In this document: piece after piece, positions 16,147 through 24,501 of the stretch
How positions within the stretch are numbered: the first letter of the stretch is position 1
How the letters are laid out: the number at the start of each line of letters is the position of its first letter
Position numbers and translations under genes: made by a program
DNA from: Minisyncoccota bacterium
GTDB taxonomy: Bacteria; Patescibacteriota; Minisyncoccia; Phycocordibacterales; DATDWN01
Reading direction: 5' to 3'
DNA length: 64,000 bases
NCBI GenBank assembly: GCA_041658985.1
Contig: JBAZZC010000003.1
Location: 10,540 to 74,539, forward strand
Notes under the pieces: generated by a model
Seen by the model: the letters and a program-made list of their open reading frames with translations, nothing else
The model's database searches: none
Told to the model about the DNA's origin: nothing

Positions 16147-17046
16147 TTATTTTTGGTGGACATTGCAAAAATGGCTAGTTCTACCCCCGATTATCTTTCT
16201 CATAATAATCCCTCGGCAGTCCTTTTTTAGACATTTTTCTTCTGTCCTTTGGTAAACCTTGTGGCTGTTTTGAAATCTACCTCTTTTTCCATCAACATTC
16301 CTGTAGTCTGACATAGAATCTCCTCCCATTTTGATTGACTTTGTAAGAATGGTTTTTATGGCTTTCCACATGGTTTTTAACTCTTTGTCTTTTAAGTTTG
16401 AAGTTTTTCGTTCCGGATGTATTTCTGCCGTCCACAAGATTTCGTCCGAATAAATATTACCAATTCCAGCGAGGATTGTTTGGTCCATTAAAACAGTTTT
16501 TATTTTTCCGTTGGGTTTTTTCAATAATTGTTTTTTTAATGTTTCTAGAGATAAGCCGGGGATTGATTCTGGTCCCAAGATTGTTAGGTCAATAACTTCG
16601 TTTCTTTTGCTGGTTTCAAAAAGAGTTACTTTGGCAAATTTGCGCATGTCGGAGAAAGCCAGGTGTTTCTTGTTTGAAAATGTAAATAAGAGATGAATAA
16701 ATTTATTGAATGGGTCAGAAAGAAGTTTTTCGTTACTTCTCCACTTTTTGTTTTCCCAGAGATATTTTCCATATAAAAAGTGTCCAGTCATTTTCATATG
16801 AGCCAAGATTGTTTTGTTGTTTGTCAGGTGAATAAGAATATTTTTTCCTCTCCGCTCGGTGTTTTTTACTTTTTCACCAACGACTTCCTCTCTAAAATGT
16901 TCGAAAAAACCCTTGTTTTTAATTACATCCTCTCGTTTATTTTTTGTTCGCAAAAAATAATCAGACCAAACATCTGTGATTTTGAGATTTTTAATGGTTC
17001 TGTTGAGACCATTAACTGTCGTTTGTACTTCGGGCAATTCAGGCAT
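16147..17046 (-). CDS. mutM: Formamidopyrimidine-DNA glycosylase (Fpg/MutM family)
   Basis: MPELPEV N-terminus (catalytic Pro2) and a C-terminal zinc finger with four Cys/His. Confidence 0.85.
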   Translation of the reverse strand: MPELPEVQTTVNGLNRTIKNLKITDVWSDYFLRTKNKREDVIKNKGFFEHFREEVVGEKVKNTERRGKNILIHLTNNKTILAHMKMTGHFLYGKYLWENKKWRSNEKLLSDPFNKFIHLLFTFSNKKHLAFSDMRKFAKVTLFETSKRNEVIDLTILGPESIPGLSLETLKKQLLKKPNGKIKTVLMDQTILAGIGNIYSDEILWTAEIHPERKTSNLKDKELKTMWKAIKTILTKSIKMGGDSMSDYRNVDGKRGRFQNSHKVYQRTEEKCLKKDCRGIIMRKIIGGRTSHFCNVHQK

Positions 17047-17054
17047 TTTGTATT

Positions 17055-17087
17055 TACTTTATGGACTTTATAACTTTATAAACTTTT
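17055..17087. repeat. Tandem 9-bp ACTTTATAA-type repeats in the mutM promoter region
   Basis: TACTTTATGGACTTTATAACTTTATAAAC. Similar arrays lie at 37144-37180 and 54041-54073. Confidence 0.5.
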
Positions 17088-17093
17088 GACTCA

Positions 17094-17681
17094 CTACGAT
17101 AGTAGTTTCATTGCCTTTTTTATTTTTTCCCCGGTACTTTTTTCACCCCCTGCTTTTTTCAGTGCTTCTCGCGCCTCACGTTCACCAAACCCCAGAGATT
17201 TTAGGGCCTCGAGAGCGTCAATGTCGTCGGAAAGGGAAGACCCATCACTTCCAACGTGTTCTAGCTTGTCTCGGAGTTCTACAACTATTTTCTCGGCATT
17301 TTTCTTGCCAACCCCGGAGACTTTTGTAAGATGTGCCGTGTCACCTGTAACTATTGCCTGGCGTAAGTTTTGGAGTGAAGCGATGTTTAAGATACCAAGG
17401 GCCGACTTTGGTCCAATGCCAGAAACGGTTAAGAGAAGCTCAAAAAAGTTAAGTTCCTCCCTCGTTCCAAATCCATATAAATCTAGGGCATTTTCTCTAA
17501 CAGCCAAATGTGTCCAAAATTCTGTCGTAGCTTGCGCCTTATATGATTTATTGCCTTCGCTTCGCTCCGGCGAGGACAGGGAGGCTGTATTTGTGTAGAT
17601 TTTATAACCAACACCAGAAACATCCAGTGTTATTGATTTTAAGTCTTGGTGTATTATCTTTCCTTTTAAATATCCAATCAT
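17094..17681 (-). CDS. ruvA: Holliday junction DNA helicase RuvA, carrying a 52-bp in-frame repeat insertion
   Basis: MIGYLKGKI start and HhH motifs (VSGIGPKSA). The loop sequence SPERSEGNKSYKAQATT is encoded by a segment shared with rlmI. Confidence 0.85.
   Translation of the reverse strand: MIGYLKGKIIHQDLKSITLDVSGVGYKIYTNTASLSSPERSEGNKSYKAQATTEFWTHLAVRENALDLYGFGTREELNFFELLLTVSGIGPKSALGILNIASLQNLRQAIVTGDTAHLTKVSGVGKKNAEKIVVELRDKLEHVGSDGSSLSDDIDALEALKSLGFGEREAREALKKAGGEKSTGEKIKKAMKLLS
17522..17573 (-). repeat. 52-bp GC-rich in-frame repeat (copy in ruvA)
   Basis: 50 of 52 bp identical to 34096-34147. Encodes SPERSEGNKSYKAQATT. Confidence 0.8.
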
Positions 17682-17844
17682 AATAGCTATTGTATCATTT
17701 TGTTGTGTTTTTTCGAAGTTTGTGTATTATATTACCAATATGCCTATAACCCCATACCAGAGCAAAGCTCGGTACGGGGCAGGAAGTTCCAGTTTTGATT
17801 TTATTTATGTAAATACAATTATTATATAAATCGGTTTATATCAT

Positions 17845-18105
17845 ATGCCCATAACAACATCAGCAAAAAAAGCCCTAAGAGGCTCCAAAAGAAAGAGGGA
17901 GTTTAATATTGTTAAAAAAGAACTTTTAAACAAGGCTGTTAAGAAAGTTAAAAAGTTGATTGTAGAAAAAAAGACAAAAGAAGCTCTTGCTATGATGCCG
18001 GAGGTTCAGAAGATAATTGATAAGTCTGTAAAAACGGGATTATTAAAGAAAAACACTGCAGCCAGAAAGAAGTCAAGAATCTCTGCCATGATAAAAAAAA
18101 CTTAA
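17845..18105 (+). CDS. rpsT: 30S ribosomal protein S20
   Basis: Lys/Arg-rich helical 86 aa with the SAKKALR motif. Confidence 0.8.
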   Translation: MPITTSAKKALRGSKRKREFNIVKKELLNKAVKKVKKLIVEKKTKEALAMMPEVQKIIDKSVKTGLLKKNTAARKKSRISAMIKKT

Positions 18106-18112
18106 AAACAAA

Positions 18113-18137
18113 AAACCTGACGAAAGTCAGTTTTTTT
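18113..18137 (+). terminator. Rho-independent terminator after rpsT
   Basis: AAACCTGAC gaaa GTCAG followed by TTTTTTT. Confidence 0.7.
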
Positions 18138-18558
18138 GTTAAACTTTGTTTATATGACCGGAAAGAGTAAAAGCGACAGAATTTTTAGTATTGATATATG
18201 GAGATATTTAGTAAACTTTTGGACACTGGTTATTTATATTATTGTTGTAGCTGACTTTTTTATGAGGAATAGTCTGGTGGAATTTCTTGGGCCAATCTGT
18301 GCTATCTACATTGCTCTTCTGGCTGTCTATACTACCCAAAAAGAGTTTGAACGATGGCATGATGAAAATATTGGCAAACATCCCGGGGAAGTATATGTAA
18401 TAGTTTGGACTGCCTTAATTGTTGTATTAATTGTTCTAGAAATTATTTACCAAGAGAGTTATGTATTACCAAGTGAAGCTTTTTCAACATATGTTGTAGT
18501 GATGGGTATATTAGCAATCTCAAGAAGGTCAAAGGCAAATTATTGTCGTATAAAATAA
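18136..18558 (+). CDS. Hypothetical membrane protein
   Basis: Three or four transmembrane helices; no recognisable family. Confidence 0.4.
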   Translation: MLNFVYMTGKSKSDRIFSIDIWRYLVNFWTLVIYIIVVADFFMRNSLVEFLGPICAIYIALLAVYTTQKEFERWHDENIGKHPGEVYVIVWTALIVVLIVLEIIYQESYVLPSEAFSTYVVVMGILAISRRSKANYCRIK

Positions 18559-18565
18559 AAACTTT

Positions 18566-18703
18566 GTGGTCAGGAATATTTTGCTCGTCGTCACTCGCAA
18601 AATTTCATGACCCTGACTCAGCTGTTTTTTCTGTTGAAAAAACATGCTTCCGTCCAGCACATAACAATAAAAATCTCCAGCAGTGGAGATTTTTATTGTT
18701 ATG
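18566..18703. repeat. tRNA-flanking hairpin repeat X1
   Basis: About 85% identical to 23259-23396. Contains a 22-bp-stem hairpin GCACATAACAATAAAAATCTCC..GGAGATTTTTATTGTTATGTGC abutting the tRNA 3' end. Confidence 0.7.
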
Positions 18704-18775
18704 TGCTCACGGCAGGAATCGAACCTGCATTTCTCCCTTCGCAGGGGAGTGTCTTATCCATTCAACGACGCGAGC
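18704..18775 (-). tRNA. tRNA-Arg (anticodon GCG as read; the exact anticodon needs checking)
   Basis: Acceptor GCTCGCG/CGTGAGC, anticodon stem CTCCC/GGGAG with loop CTGCGAA, T-arm GCAGGTTCGATTCCTGC. Confidence 0.65.
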
Positions 18776-18802
18776 TATAAAAAAAAGAGTAACACAAAGA
18801 TA

Positions 18803-19258
18803 TTAGAATCCAAAGTAAAGCAATAGTTTTTCGAGTAACGGCTCAGCGTGTTCCTCTTCTAGCAGATGTTGTGAGAGGGCCTCACGAATCTGCTCTGGTT
18901 CAACGTCTTCTATAAGAATCATCACGAAAGGCATAAGTACCTTTTTAGATTTTAGTAATATCCTAGGGTAAGAATCACGAGTCTCAATCCAAAACGACTC
19001 AAGTTCTTTATATGGATAATTATTTTTTCCTACAGCAATCCCAGCCTCGCCGATGTCTATAGTGATTATTTCTGGTTTTTTTGAAGCAAAAAGAGAGAGA
19101 GTAAAAGAAGAAACAATTATAAGAATGGCAAAAATCAAGTTGTTTAATATTATTGAAATTAAGGCGATTGATACAGTAACAATACCAACGGTCCAGTACC
19201 AGTCGGGGGTTTTTTCTTTGTGTAAGTATTCAATCGTTTCCCAGGATAAATTTTGCAT
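18803..19258 (-). CDS. Hypothetical membrane protein
   Basis: The ORF in the track extends into tRNA-Ser. The start was moved to the internal Met (MQNLSWET). Confidence 0.4.
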   Translation of the reverse strand: MQNLSWETIEYLHKEKTPDWYWTVGIVTVSIALISIILNNLIFAILIIVSSFTLSLFASKKPEIITIDIGEAGIAVGKNNYPYKELESFWIETRDSYPRILLKSKKVLMPFVMILIEDVEPEQIREALSQHLLEEEHAEPLLEKLLLYFGF

Positions 19259-19281
19259 ATAATTAAGTATAACAAATTTTG

Positions 19282-19366
19282 CGGAAGCGGTGAGATTCGA
19301 ACTCACGGTACCTTGCGGCACTTCGGTTTTCAAGACCGATGCACTAAGCCTCTATGCGACGCTTCC
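19282..19366 (-). tRNA. tRNA-Ser (anticodon TGA)
   Basis: 85 nt with a long variable arm. Anticodon loop CTTGAAA, T-arm GTGAGTTCGAATCTCAC. Confidence 0.75.
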
Positions 19367-19462
19367 GTGCTTGGAATAATGACATATTTTATGGATATTT
19401 TCAAATAAAACAAAAACCACCCAGAAGAAACAGGATGGTTTTTGTCTTTTTGTTTTGTTAAA

Positions 19463-19741
19463 TTATGCTTGGTGTTCTGTCTCTACTGTATATTTTTTTG
19501 CCACAAAATATATGTAGATTATTTCCAAGATACCCAGGGTGTTAACTACAAGCAAAATAATAAACCACCACTTGCTTGATAATCGTGCAGCTTTCCACAA
19601 GGCCCAGCCTTTCCAAGCTAGTGACCAAACGATTAATAATGCTACAACCCAAGGTGCAACTTTTAGAAAAGGCAACATTTCAGGTTGTGTTAGAAAACTT
19701 GTTATTGTTGTTTCCATCCCATTAGAAGTAGGGCTCAGCAA
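19463..19741 (-). CDS. Small hypothetical membrane protein
   Basis: Two transmembrane helices with a Trp-rich segment (WKGWALWKAARLSSKWW). Confidence 0.35.
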   Translation of the reverse strand: MLSPTSNGMETTITSFLTQPEMLPFLKVAPWVVALLIVWSLAWKGWALWKAARLSSKWWFIILLVVNTLGILEIIYIYFVAKKYTVETEHQA

Positions 19742-19893
19742 ACTTTGTTGTTGTGATACCTACTCAAATTAATTTATAAAGATTTATTGCTATCTACAAT
19801 TTCCCGTTAACTTCTAACGGGATAAATAATCATTAATTATATCAAAAATATATTTTCCTAGCTACTAAACGCTAGCTACTATATACTATTCTT

Positions 19894-20277
19894 ATGAAAT
19901 ATCTTGGTATTGATTATGGTTCAAAACGAATTGGCCTGGCGGTTTCTGATGAGGCTGGTAGTTTTGCTTTTCCCTTGAAAGTTTTAAGTAATTCAGAAAA
20001 TCTAATTAAAGAATTGGTTGAAATATGTAGGGAAAACAATGTGGAAGGGGTTGTGGTGGGGGAGTCAAAAGATTATCTTCAAAAAGACAATGAGATTATG
20101 GATGAAATTTTGCCATTTGTTGAGGATTTAAAAAATGTACTTAACCTGCCAATATATATGCACCCAGAATTTTTGACTTCCCAGGAGGCCGAGAGATTGC
20201 AGGGTAAAAACGATATGCATGATGCTAGTGCAGCGGCTCTTATTTTAAAAAGTTATTTGGATTCATCCGCACACTAA
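19894..20277 (+). CDS. ruvX: Putative pre-16S rRNA nuclease / Holliday junction resolvase-like protein YqgF (RuvX)
   Basis: MKYLGIDYGSKRIGLAVSD N-terminus typical of YqgF. Confidence 0.8.
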   Translation: MKYLGIDYGSKRIGLAVSDEAGSFAFPLKVLSNSENLIKELVEICRENNVEGVVVGESKDYLQKDNEIMDEILPFVEDLKNVLNLPIYMHPEFLTSQEAERLQGKNDMHDASAAALILKSYLDSSAH

Positions 20278-20395
20278 GTTTAGCATCGTTGCCATTTTTT
20301 GTGGTTTGGCTAACGTTCAATTTTTTGTAATATCCCGTGTATTATAGTTGTATGTGTTGTGGCAACAAAAATAATGCTAAACTTAGTGTGCGGAT
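20265..20395 (+). repeat. R135 inverted-repeat element, copy E
   Basis: ATCCGCACACTAAGTTTAGCAT ... ATGCTAAACTTAGTGTGCGGAT. The left arm overlaps the ruvX stop codon. Confidence 0.8.
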
Positions 20396-20419
20396 AAAAA
20401 AATAATAAAAATTAATTTT

Positions 20420-20776
20420 ATGGCAGTTTCAATTGATGATTTTAAAAAACTAGAAATAAAAGTTGGCCAGATTCTTAGCGTGGAAAAAATTGAAAACACA
20501 GACAAACTCTTAAAGTTGTCTGTCGATTTTAACGAAGGAACTTTTCGTCAAATAATTTCAGGGATTTCGTCATATTTTTCTGACCCACAGGTTTTGGTGG
20601 GGAAAAAGTGTGCTTTTGCAACCAATCTAGAGCCTAGAGTTATAATGGGTCTTGAAAGTCAGGGTATGATTTTGGCGGTAAGTGGGCTGAAACAGTCAAA
20701 AGATGATTTAGAAGATAGTTTTTTCTCTCTTTTAGAGGTGGAGAAAGATGTTCCGGCAGGAAGTGCTGTTAAGTGA
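20420..20776 (+). CDS. tRNA-binding protein (CsaA/Trbp111 EMAP-like domain, free-standing)
   Basis: OB-fold tRNA-binding motif (KLEIKVGQILSVEKIENTDKLLKLSVDFNEG) like the MetRS C-terminal domain. Confidence 0.7.
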   Translation: MAVSIDDFKKLEIKVGQILSVEKIENTDKLLKLSVDFNEGTFRQIISGISSYFSDPQVLVGKKCAFATNLEPRVIMGLESQGMILAVSGLKQSKDDLEDSFFSLLEVEKDVPAGSAVK

Positions 20777-20806
20777 TTGTTAAAAAACACACCAGAATGA
20801 TATAAT

Positions 20807-21796
20807 TTGACAATGAATCTCAAGAGGATATCTAATATTTTTCCTTCTCCTAGGTTTTTAAGTCTTCCTTTTGCAGGTTTGTCTATTTCCGATTCAGCCA
20901 TTCATTGTGTCCAGTTTAGTGGAGGAAAAAAACCATTACATATTGAAAAATATACGGAAAGGGCTCTTCCTGCGGATGTTATTGTTTCTGGACAAATAAA
21001 TGACAAGGAGGCCTTGGTAGATATTTTGAAAGTTTTAAAAAAAGACCTAAAACTTGGTCGGGTAAAGGTATCCTTACCAGAAGAAAAAGCCTATTTATTT
21101 ACAGCCAAGATTCCAAGGGTGACTCAAGAAGAAATAAGAAGTGCCATAGAATCTAAAATGGAAGAAAATGTTCCAGTTTCTCCAAATGAACTAACTTTTG
21201 ATTACAAAATAATTGACCGTAGTCAGAAGGAATATCTTATTGTGTCTGTTTCTACATTACCAATAACACTTGTTGATTTGTATGTGGAGATTTTCGAAAA
21301 GGCAGAATTGCCACTTCTTTCTTTAGAGATAGAATCACAGGCAATTGCTAGGTCTTTATTGCGGAGAGAAAATCCAGAAAATTTAGACACAGTTCTTATT
21401 GTCAATTTTGGGCCAGAAAAAGTTGGTTTGTATGTGGTGGTGGACAGGGTTGTACATTTTACGTCTACGGTTTCCATTAAAGGAGAATCCTCAAAAGCTT
21501 TGGATTTTCTGTCGCAAGAGATAAAAAGACTTTATGTATATTGGCACACCTTAAAACAAAATGCTGGTAGGCCAGAGAAAAAAATAAATCAGATTATTGT
21601 TTGTGGTGAGGGTTTCAAAGATGAAATTGTTTCTTACTTATCTACAAGCAGTCAAACCCCCACTGTCTTGGGAAATGTTTGGACAAACGCATTTGATGTA
21701 AACACTGAAGTTCCAGAAATTCTATTTACTGATTCTTTGCGATATGCCACTTCGGTTGGACTAGCTCTTCCATCTAGTATCTTAATACAAGAATAA
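20807..21796 (+). CDS. pilM: Type IV pilus assembly protein PilM (actin-like ATPase)
   Basis: Length and actin-fold motifs fit PilM. It is followed by pilN and pilO homologues. Confidence 0.65.
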   Translation: MTMNLKRISNIFPSPRFLSLPFAGLSISDSAIHCVQFSGGKKPLHIEKYTERALPADVIVSGQINDKEALVDILKVLKKDLKLGRVKVSLPEEKAYLFTAKIPRVTQEEIRSAIESKMEENVPVSPNELTFDYKIIDRSQKEYLIVSVSTLPITLVDLYVEIFEKAELPLLSLEIESQAIARSLLRRENPENLDTVLIVNFGPEKVGLYVVVDRVVHFTSTVSIKGESSKALDFLSQEIKRLYVYWHTLKQNAGRPEKKINQIIVCGEGFKDEIVSYLSTSSQTPTVLGNVWTNAFDVNTEVPEILFTDSLRYATSVGLALPSSILIQE

Positions 21797-21804
21797 AAAT
21801 CGAA

Positions 21805-22356
21805 ATGTTTAATTCACTTCCATACGAGTTAAAAGAAAAAATAAGGTCTGAATATCACCTTCGTCTACTTATTGTCGTATTTGTTTCTATTATTTGTATT
21901 CAGATATTCTTTTTAATTATTCTACTTCCATCATGGTTTATTTCTCTAAACAAAGAAAAAGAAATTATTTTACAAACAAAAAAAACCGACAGTTTATCAT
22001 TGGACTCAGAGATTAGCATGATTAATTCTAAAATTAAATCTGTAAATGCAAGATTAAATATAATTAATTCAACCCTTGAGTATCCAAAAGCTACATTTTT
22101 TATTGATAGTATTCTTTCAAAAAAAACCGATAATATTTATATAAAGGAATTGATGTATACCTCTTTAAGTAACAACACAGGTAAAATTGTTCTTGCTGGT
22201 ATATCAAAGACAAGAGAATCTCTCGTTTCTTTCGTTAAGGAACTTGAGGGGTTAAAACTTTTTGAAAATGTTGATTTACCGATATCAAATTTTACGAAAG
22301 ACAAGGACATTAATTTTTCTATAAACATGACAATAGCATCACAACATGTACAGTAA
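21805..22356 (+). CDS. pilN: PilN-like pilus assembly protein
   Basis: N-terminal transmembrane helix plus a coiled-coil periplasmic domain, in the pilM-N-O gene order. Confidence 0.5.
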   Translation: MFNSLPYELKEKIRSEYHLRLLIVVFVSIICIQIFFLIILLPSWFISLNKEKEIILQTKKTDSLSLDSEISMINSKIKSVNARLNIINSTLEYPKATFFIDSILSKKTDNIYIKELMYTSLSNNTGKIVLAGISKTRESLVSFVKELEGLKLFENVDLPISNFTKDKDINFSINMTIASQHVQ

Positions 22357-22915
22357 TAAATTATTAAAAATAATACTTGCAATACTTAGCTTATTAGTCG
22401 TAGTTGTTTTTTTGATATGTTATTTTGTCTATGAAGATATCAGACATAAAAACGAAAATTATCATACTCTTTTATACAACCTATCCTTTCGAAATGATAA
22501 ACAAAATTATTTGACTTACGCACAAAAAACAATAGGTAGTTTGAGTTTAGATATTAATCGTATGGACGACTCAATTATTTCTAAAAAGGGAGAGGTGGAA
22601 TTTATTGAAAACCTTGAATCAGTTGCTCGGGGAAGTGGTCTCTCTATAGAGATAAATTCTCTTATTCTCAATAATAATTCAAATCTTGCTTCAAGTTCAA
22701 TAGATATTCTTAAAATCAAAGCAAAGACTAAGGGCTCTTGGTCAGCCAGTTATACTTTTTTGACACGATTAGAGCTGTTGCCTTTTAAGTTGAGAGTTAA
22801 CAAATTTGGTCTTGTCAGTATTGATAAAGAAGTTACTTCTACTGAAATTAGAATGGCTGTGTCTAGTGGCATTTGGCAAAGCGAGTTTGAAATTGATGTT
22901 CTAAAGTACAAATAA
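22346..22915 (+). CDS. pilO: PilO-like pilus assembly protein
   Basis: Single transmembrane helix plus a periplasmic domain, in operon context. Confidence 0.45.
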   Translation: MYSNKLLKIILAILSLLVVVVFLICYFVYEDIRHKNENYHTLLYNLSFRNDKQNYLTYAQKTIGSLSLDINRMDDSIISKKGEVEFIENLESVARGSGLSIEINSLILNNNSNLASSSIDILKIKAKTKGSWSASYTFLTRLELLPFKLRVNKFGLVSIDKEVTSTEIRMAVSSGIWQSEFEIDVLKYK

Positions 22916-22916
22916 A

Positions 22917-23252
22917 ATGAAAAATTTACTCCAAAAAATTAAATTCTTTTATACTAAGATAATAAAGAAAGAAGAAATATATAAGAGACGAGCAATAAGA
23001 CCTGCGCAAGACTGGTCTATTATTCTGATTATAAATATTGTTATTTTTTGTATATTACTTATTTTTGCTTCCTATTTTTATATACAAATTAGAAGAGATA
23101 AGTTGTTTGCTATAACCGAAGCGAACATAATAAATGAGACGAAAATAAATTCAGTGCTTCTAAAGAAAACAATAAACGATATTAATCTTCGTGAGGAATT
23201 AACCAACAACCTTAAAAATAGTGGAATAAGGTTTCCTGACCCATCTATGTAA
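22917..23252 (+). CDS. Small transmembrane hypothetical protein (possibly PilP-like)
   Basis: One transmembrane helix, translationally coupled to the preceding gene. Confidence 0.35.
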   Translation: MKNLLQKIKFFYTKIIKKEEIYKRRAIRPAQDWSIILIINIVIFCILLIFASYFYIQIRRDKLFAITEANIINETKINSVLLKKTINDINLREELTNNLKNSGIRFPDPSM

Positions 23253-23258
23253 ACTTAT

Positions 23259-23396
23259 GTGGTCAGGAATATTTTTGTTTCCGTCAAAACAAAAATTTCA
23301 CGACCCTGACTCGGCTGTTTTTTCTACTGAAAAAACATGCCTTCGTCTAGCACATAACAACAAAAATCTCCAGCAGTGGAGATTTTTGTTGTTATG
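23259..23396. repeat. tRNA-flanking hairpin repeat X2
   Basis: About 85% identical to 18566-18703. Same hairpin abutting the 3' end of tRNA-Arg(TCT). Confidence 0.7.
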
Positions 23397-23468
23397 TGCT
23401 CTCGGTTGGAATCGAACCAACATCAAAGCCTTAGAAGAGCTCTACTCTATCCATTGAGCTACGAGAGC
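23397..23468 (-). tRNA. tRNA-Arg (anticodon TCT)
   Basis: Acceptor GCTCTCG/CGAGAGC, anticodon loop CTTCTAA, T-arm GTTGGTTCGATTCCAAC. Confidence 0.75.
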
Positions 23469-23550
23469 GATAACGATAGGTTATCATAGAAAATCATTTA
23501 ATTCCACAAAATATGTGTTATTATTTTCTCTATAACACTCAAATAAATCT

Positions 23551-24345
23551 ATGAAAATTATTAATCCAGAAAAAGAATTTATTATTGTTAGGCACAGTAT
23601 GTTGAATGGGGTAGGTTATTCTTTTAAAAATGCAATTCAAGAATCATTAACTTTACAAAGTTATATAGGTGATAAAAAAATTGTTGTCTGTTTTGAGGGG
23701 GATTTACATCAAATACAAGAAAACGGTGAGATTGTCTTTACTCACAGAAACACTATTAAAGTTGATATTGAGACATCACTACGGTTTAGAGAAATGGGGA
23801 TTATTTCATCTCTTGATGAGGTTGTGGAAGCGGTTTTGTCTTTTAAAAAAGAGTCGCCTGGCACACGTCTGATTTTTTGTATTGAATTAAAACAAATCAC
23901 ATGGTTTTCAACAATTAAAAAAACAATGCTTAAACTAAAAGAAAACAATATTACAGAAGTATATTTTGATTCATTTAATGGAAATAAATTAGATGAAGTT
24001 TCAGAAATAAACAAACAAATAGGAACAAATTTTGAAAGGAGTTTTCATGTAATAGGAAATATTTCAAAAATTATATTATCTCTTAAAAAACCAAGATACG
24101 GATATGATGTATTAACGGTTCCTTTGGCTACATCTTTTGGAAAACTAAATAAACCGTTAATTAATGGTGCTGTAAACTCACACCACATACTTAATAGGAT
24201 TGCAAAGTTAGACAATGTTTTTGGGGCTTATGTCAGGTTCCGAGAAGGGAACCCATTATTTTTATTGTTTAATTCTGTGCGTAACACAAAATGGTTTAGA
24301 GGAAAGCATGTTATGAGGTCACATCAGATTGTTGAAAAAAAATAA
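23551..24345 (+). CDS. Hypothetical protein, distantly similar to glycerophosphodiester phosphodiesterase (GDPD/PLC-like TIM barrel)
   Basis: FIIVRHS ... CFEGDLHQIQENGEIVFTHRN resembles GDPD motifs (HRG ... ExD ... HD). It is flanked by two tRNA genes. Confidence 0.35.
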   Translation: MKIINPEKEFIIVRHSMLNGVGYSFKNAIQESLTLQSYIGDKKIVVCFEGDLHQIQENGEIVFTHRNTIKVDIETSLRFREMGIISSLDEVVEAVLSFKKESPGTRLIFCIELKQITWFSTIKKTMLKLKENNITEVYFDSFNGNKLDEVSEINKQIGTNFERSFHVIGNISKIILSLKKPRYGYDVLTVPLATSFGKLNKPLINGAVNSHHILNRIAKLDNVFGAYVRFREGNPLFLLFNSVRNTKWFRGKHVMRSHQIVEKK

Positions 24346-24347
24346 TT

Positions 24348-24421
24348 GTGCGGGATGGAGGGCTCGAACCCCCGACATCGTCAGTGTAAATGACGCGCTC
24401 TACCAACTGAGCTAATCCCGC
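24348..24421 (-). tRNA. tRNA-Val (anticodon TAC)
   Basis: GCGGGATTAGCTCAGTTGGTAGAGC..., anticodon loop TTTACAC, T-arm GGGGGTTCGAGCCCTCC. Confidence 0.85.
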
Positions 24422-24501
24422 ATGTGTTATTTATACAGGAAAAAGTGAGCTATTTCAAGTTTTACTAGAAAAATTATTAATAATAAGATATCATTGGAAA
24501 A

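Noticed and set aside
17086-17598. 170-aa ORF 17086-17598 (+) antisense to ruvA; similar antisense ORFs in polA (7524-8132 -) and ileS.
   Set aside because: It is antisense to a well-supported conserved gene, its composition is low-complexity, and it has no start context.
17700-17844. GC-rich hairpin CCCATACC..GGTACGGG in the rpsT leader as a possible r-protein leader or RNase P/SRP RNA fragment.
   Set aside because: No match to conserved RNase P, SRP or tmRNA motifs could be found by eye, and the hairpin is too short to call.
18543-18806. Track ORFs 18543-18806 (+), 23257-23457 (+) and 10543-10734 (-), which share an NKNLQQWRF peptide motif.
   Set aside because: They are translations of the tRNA-flanking hairpin repeats and run through tRNA genes. 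The shared peptide comes from the repeated DNA hairpin, not from a protein family.
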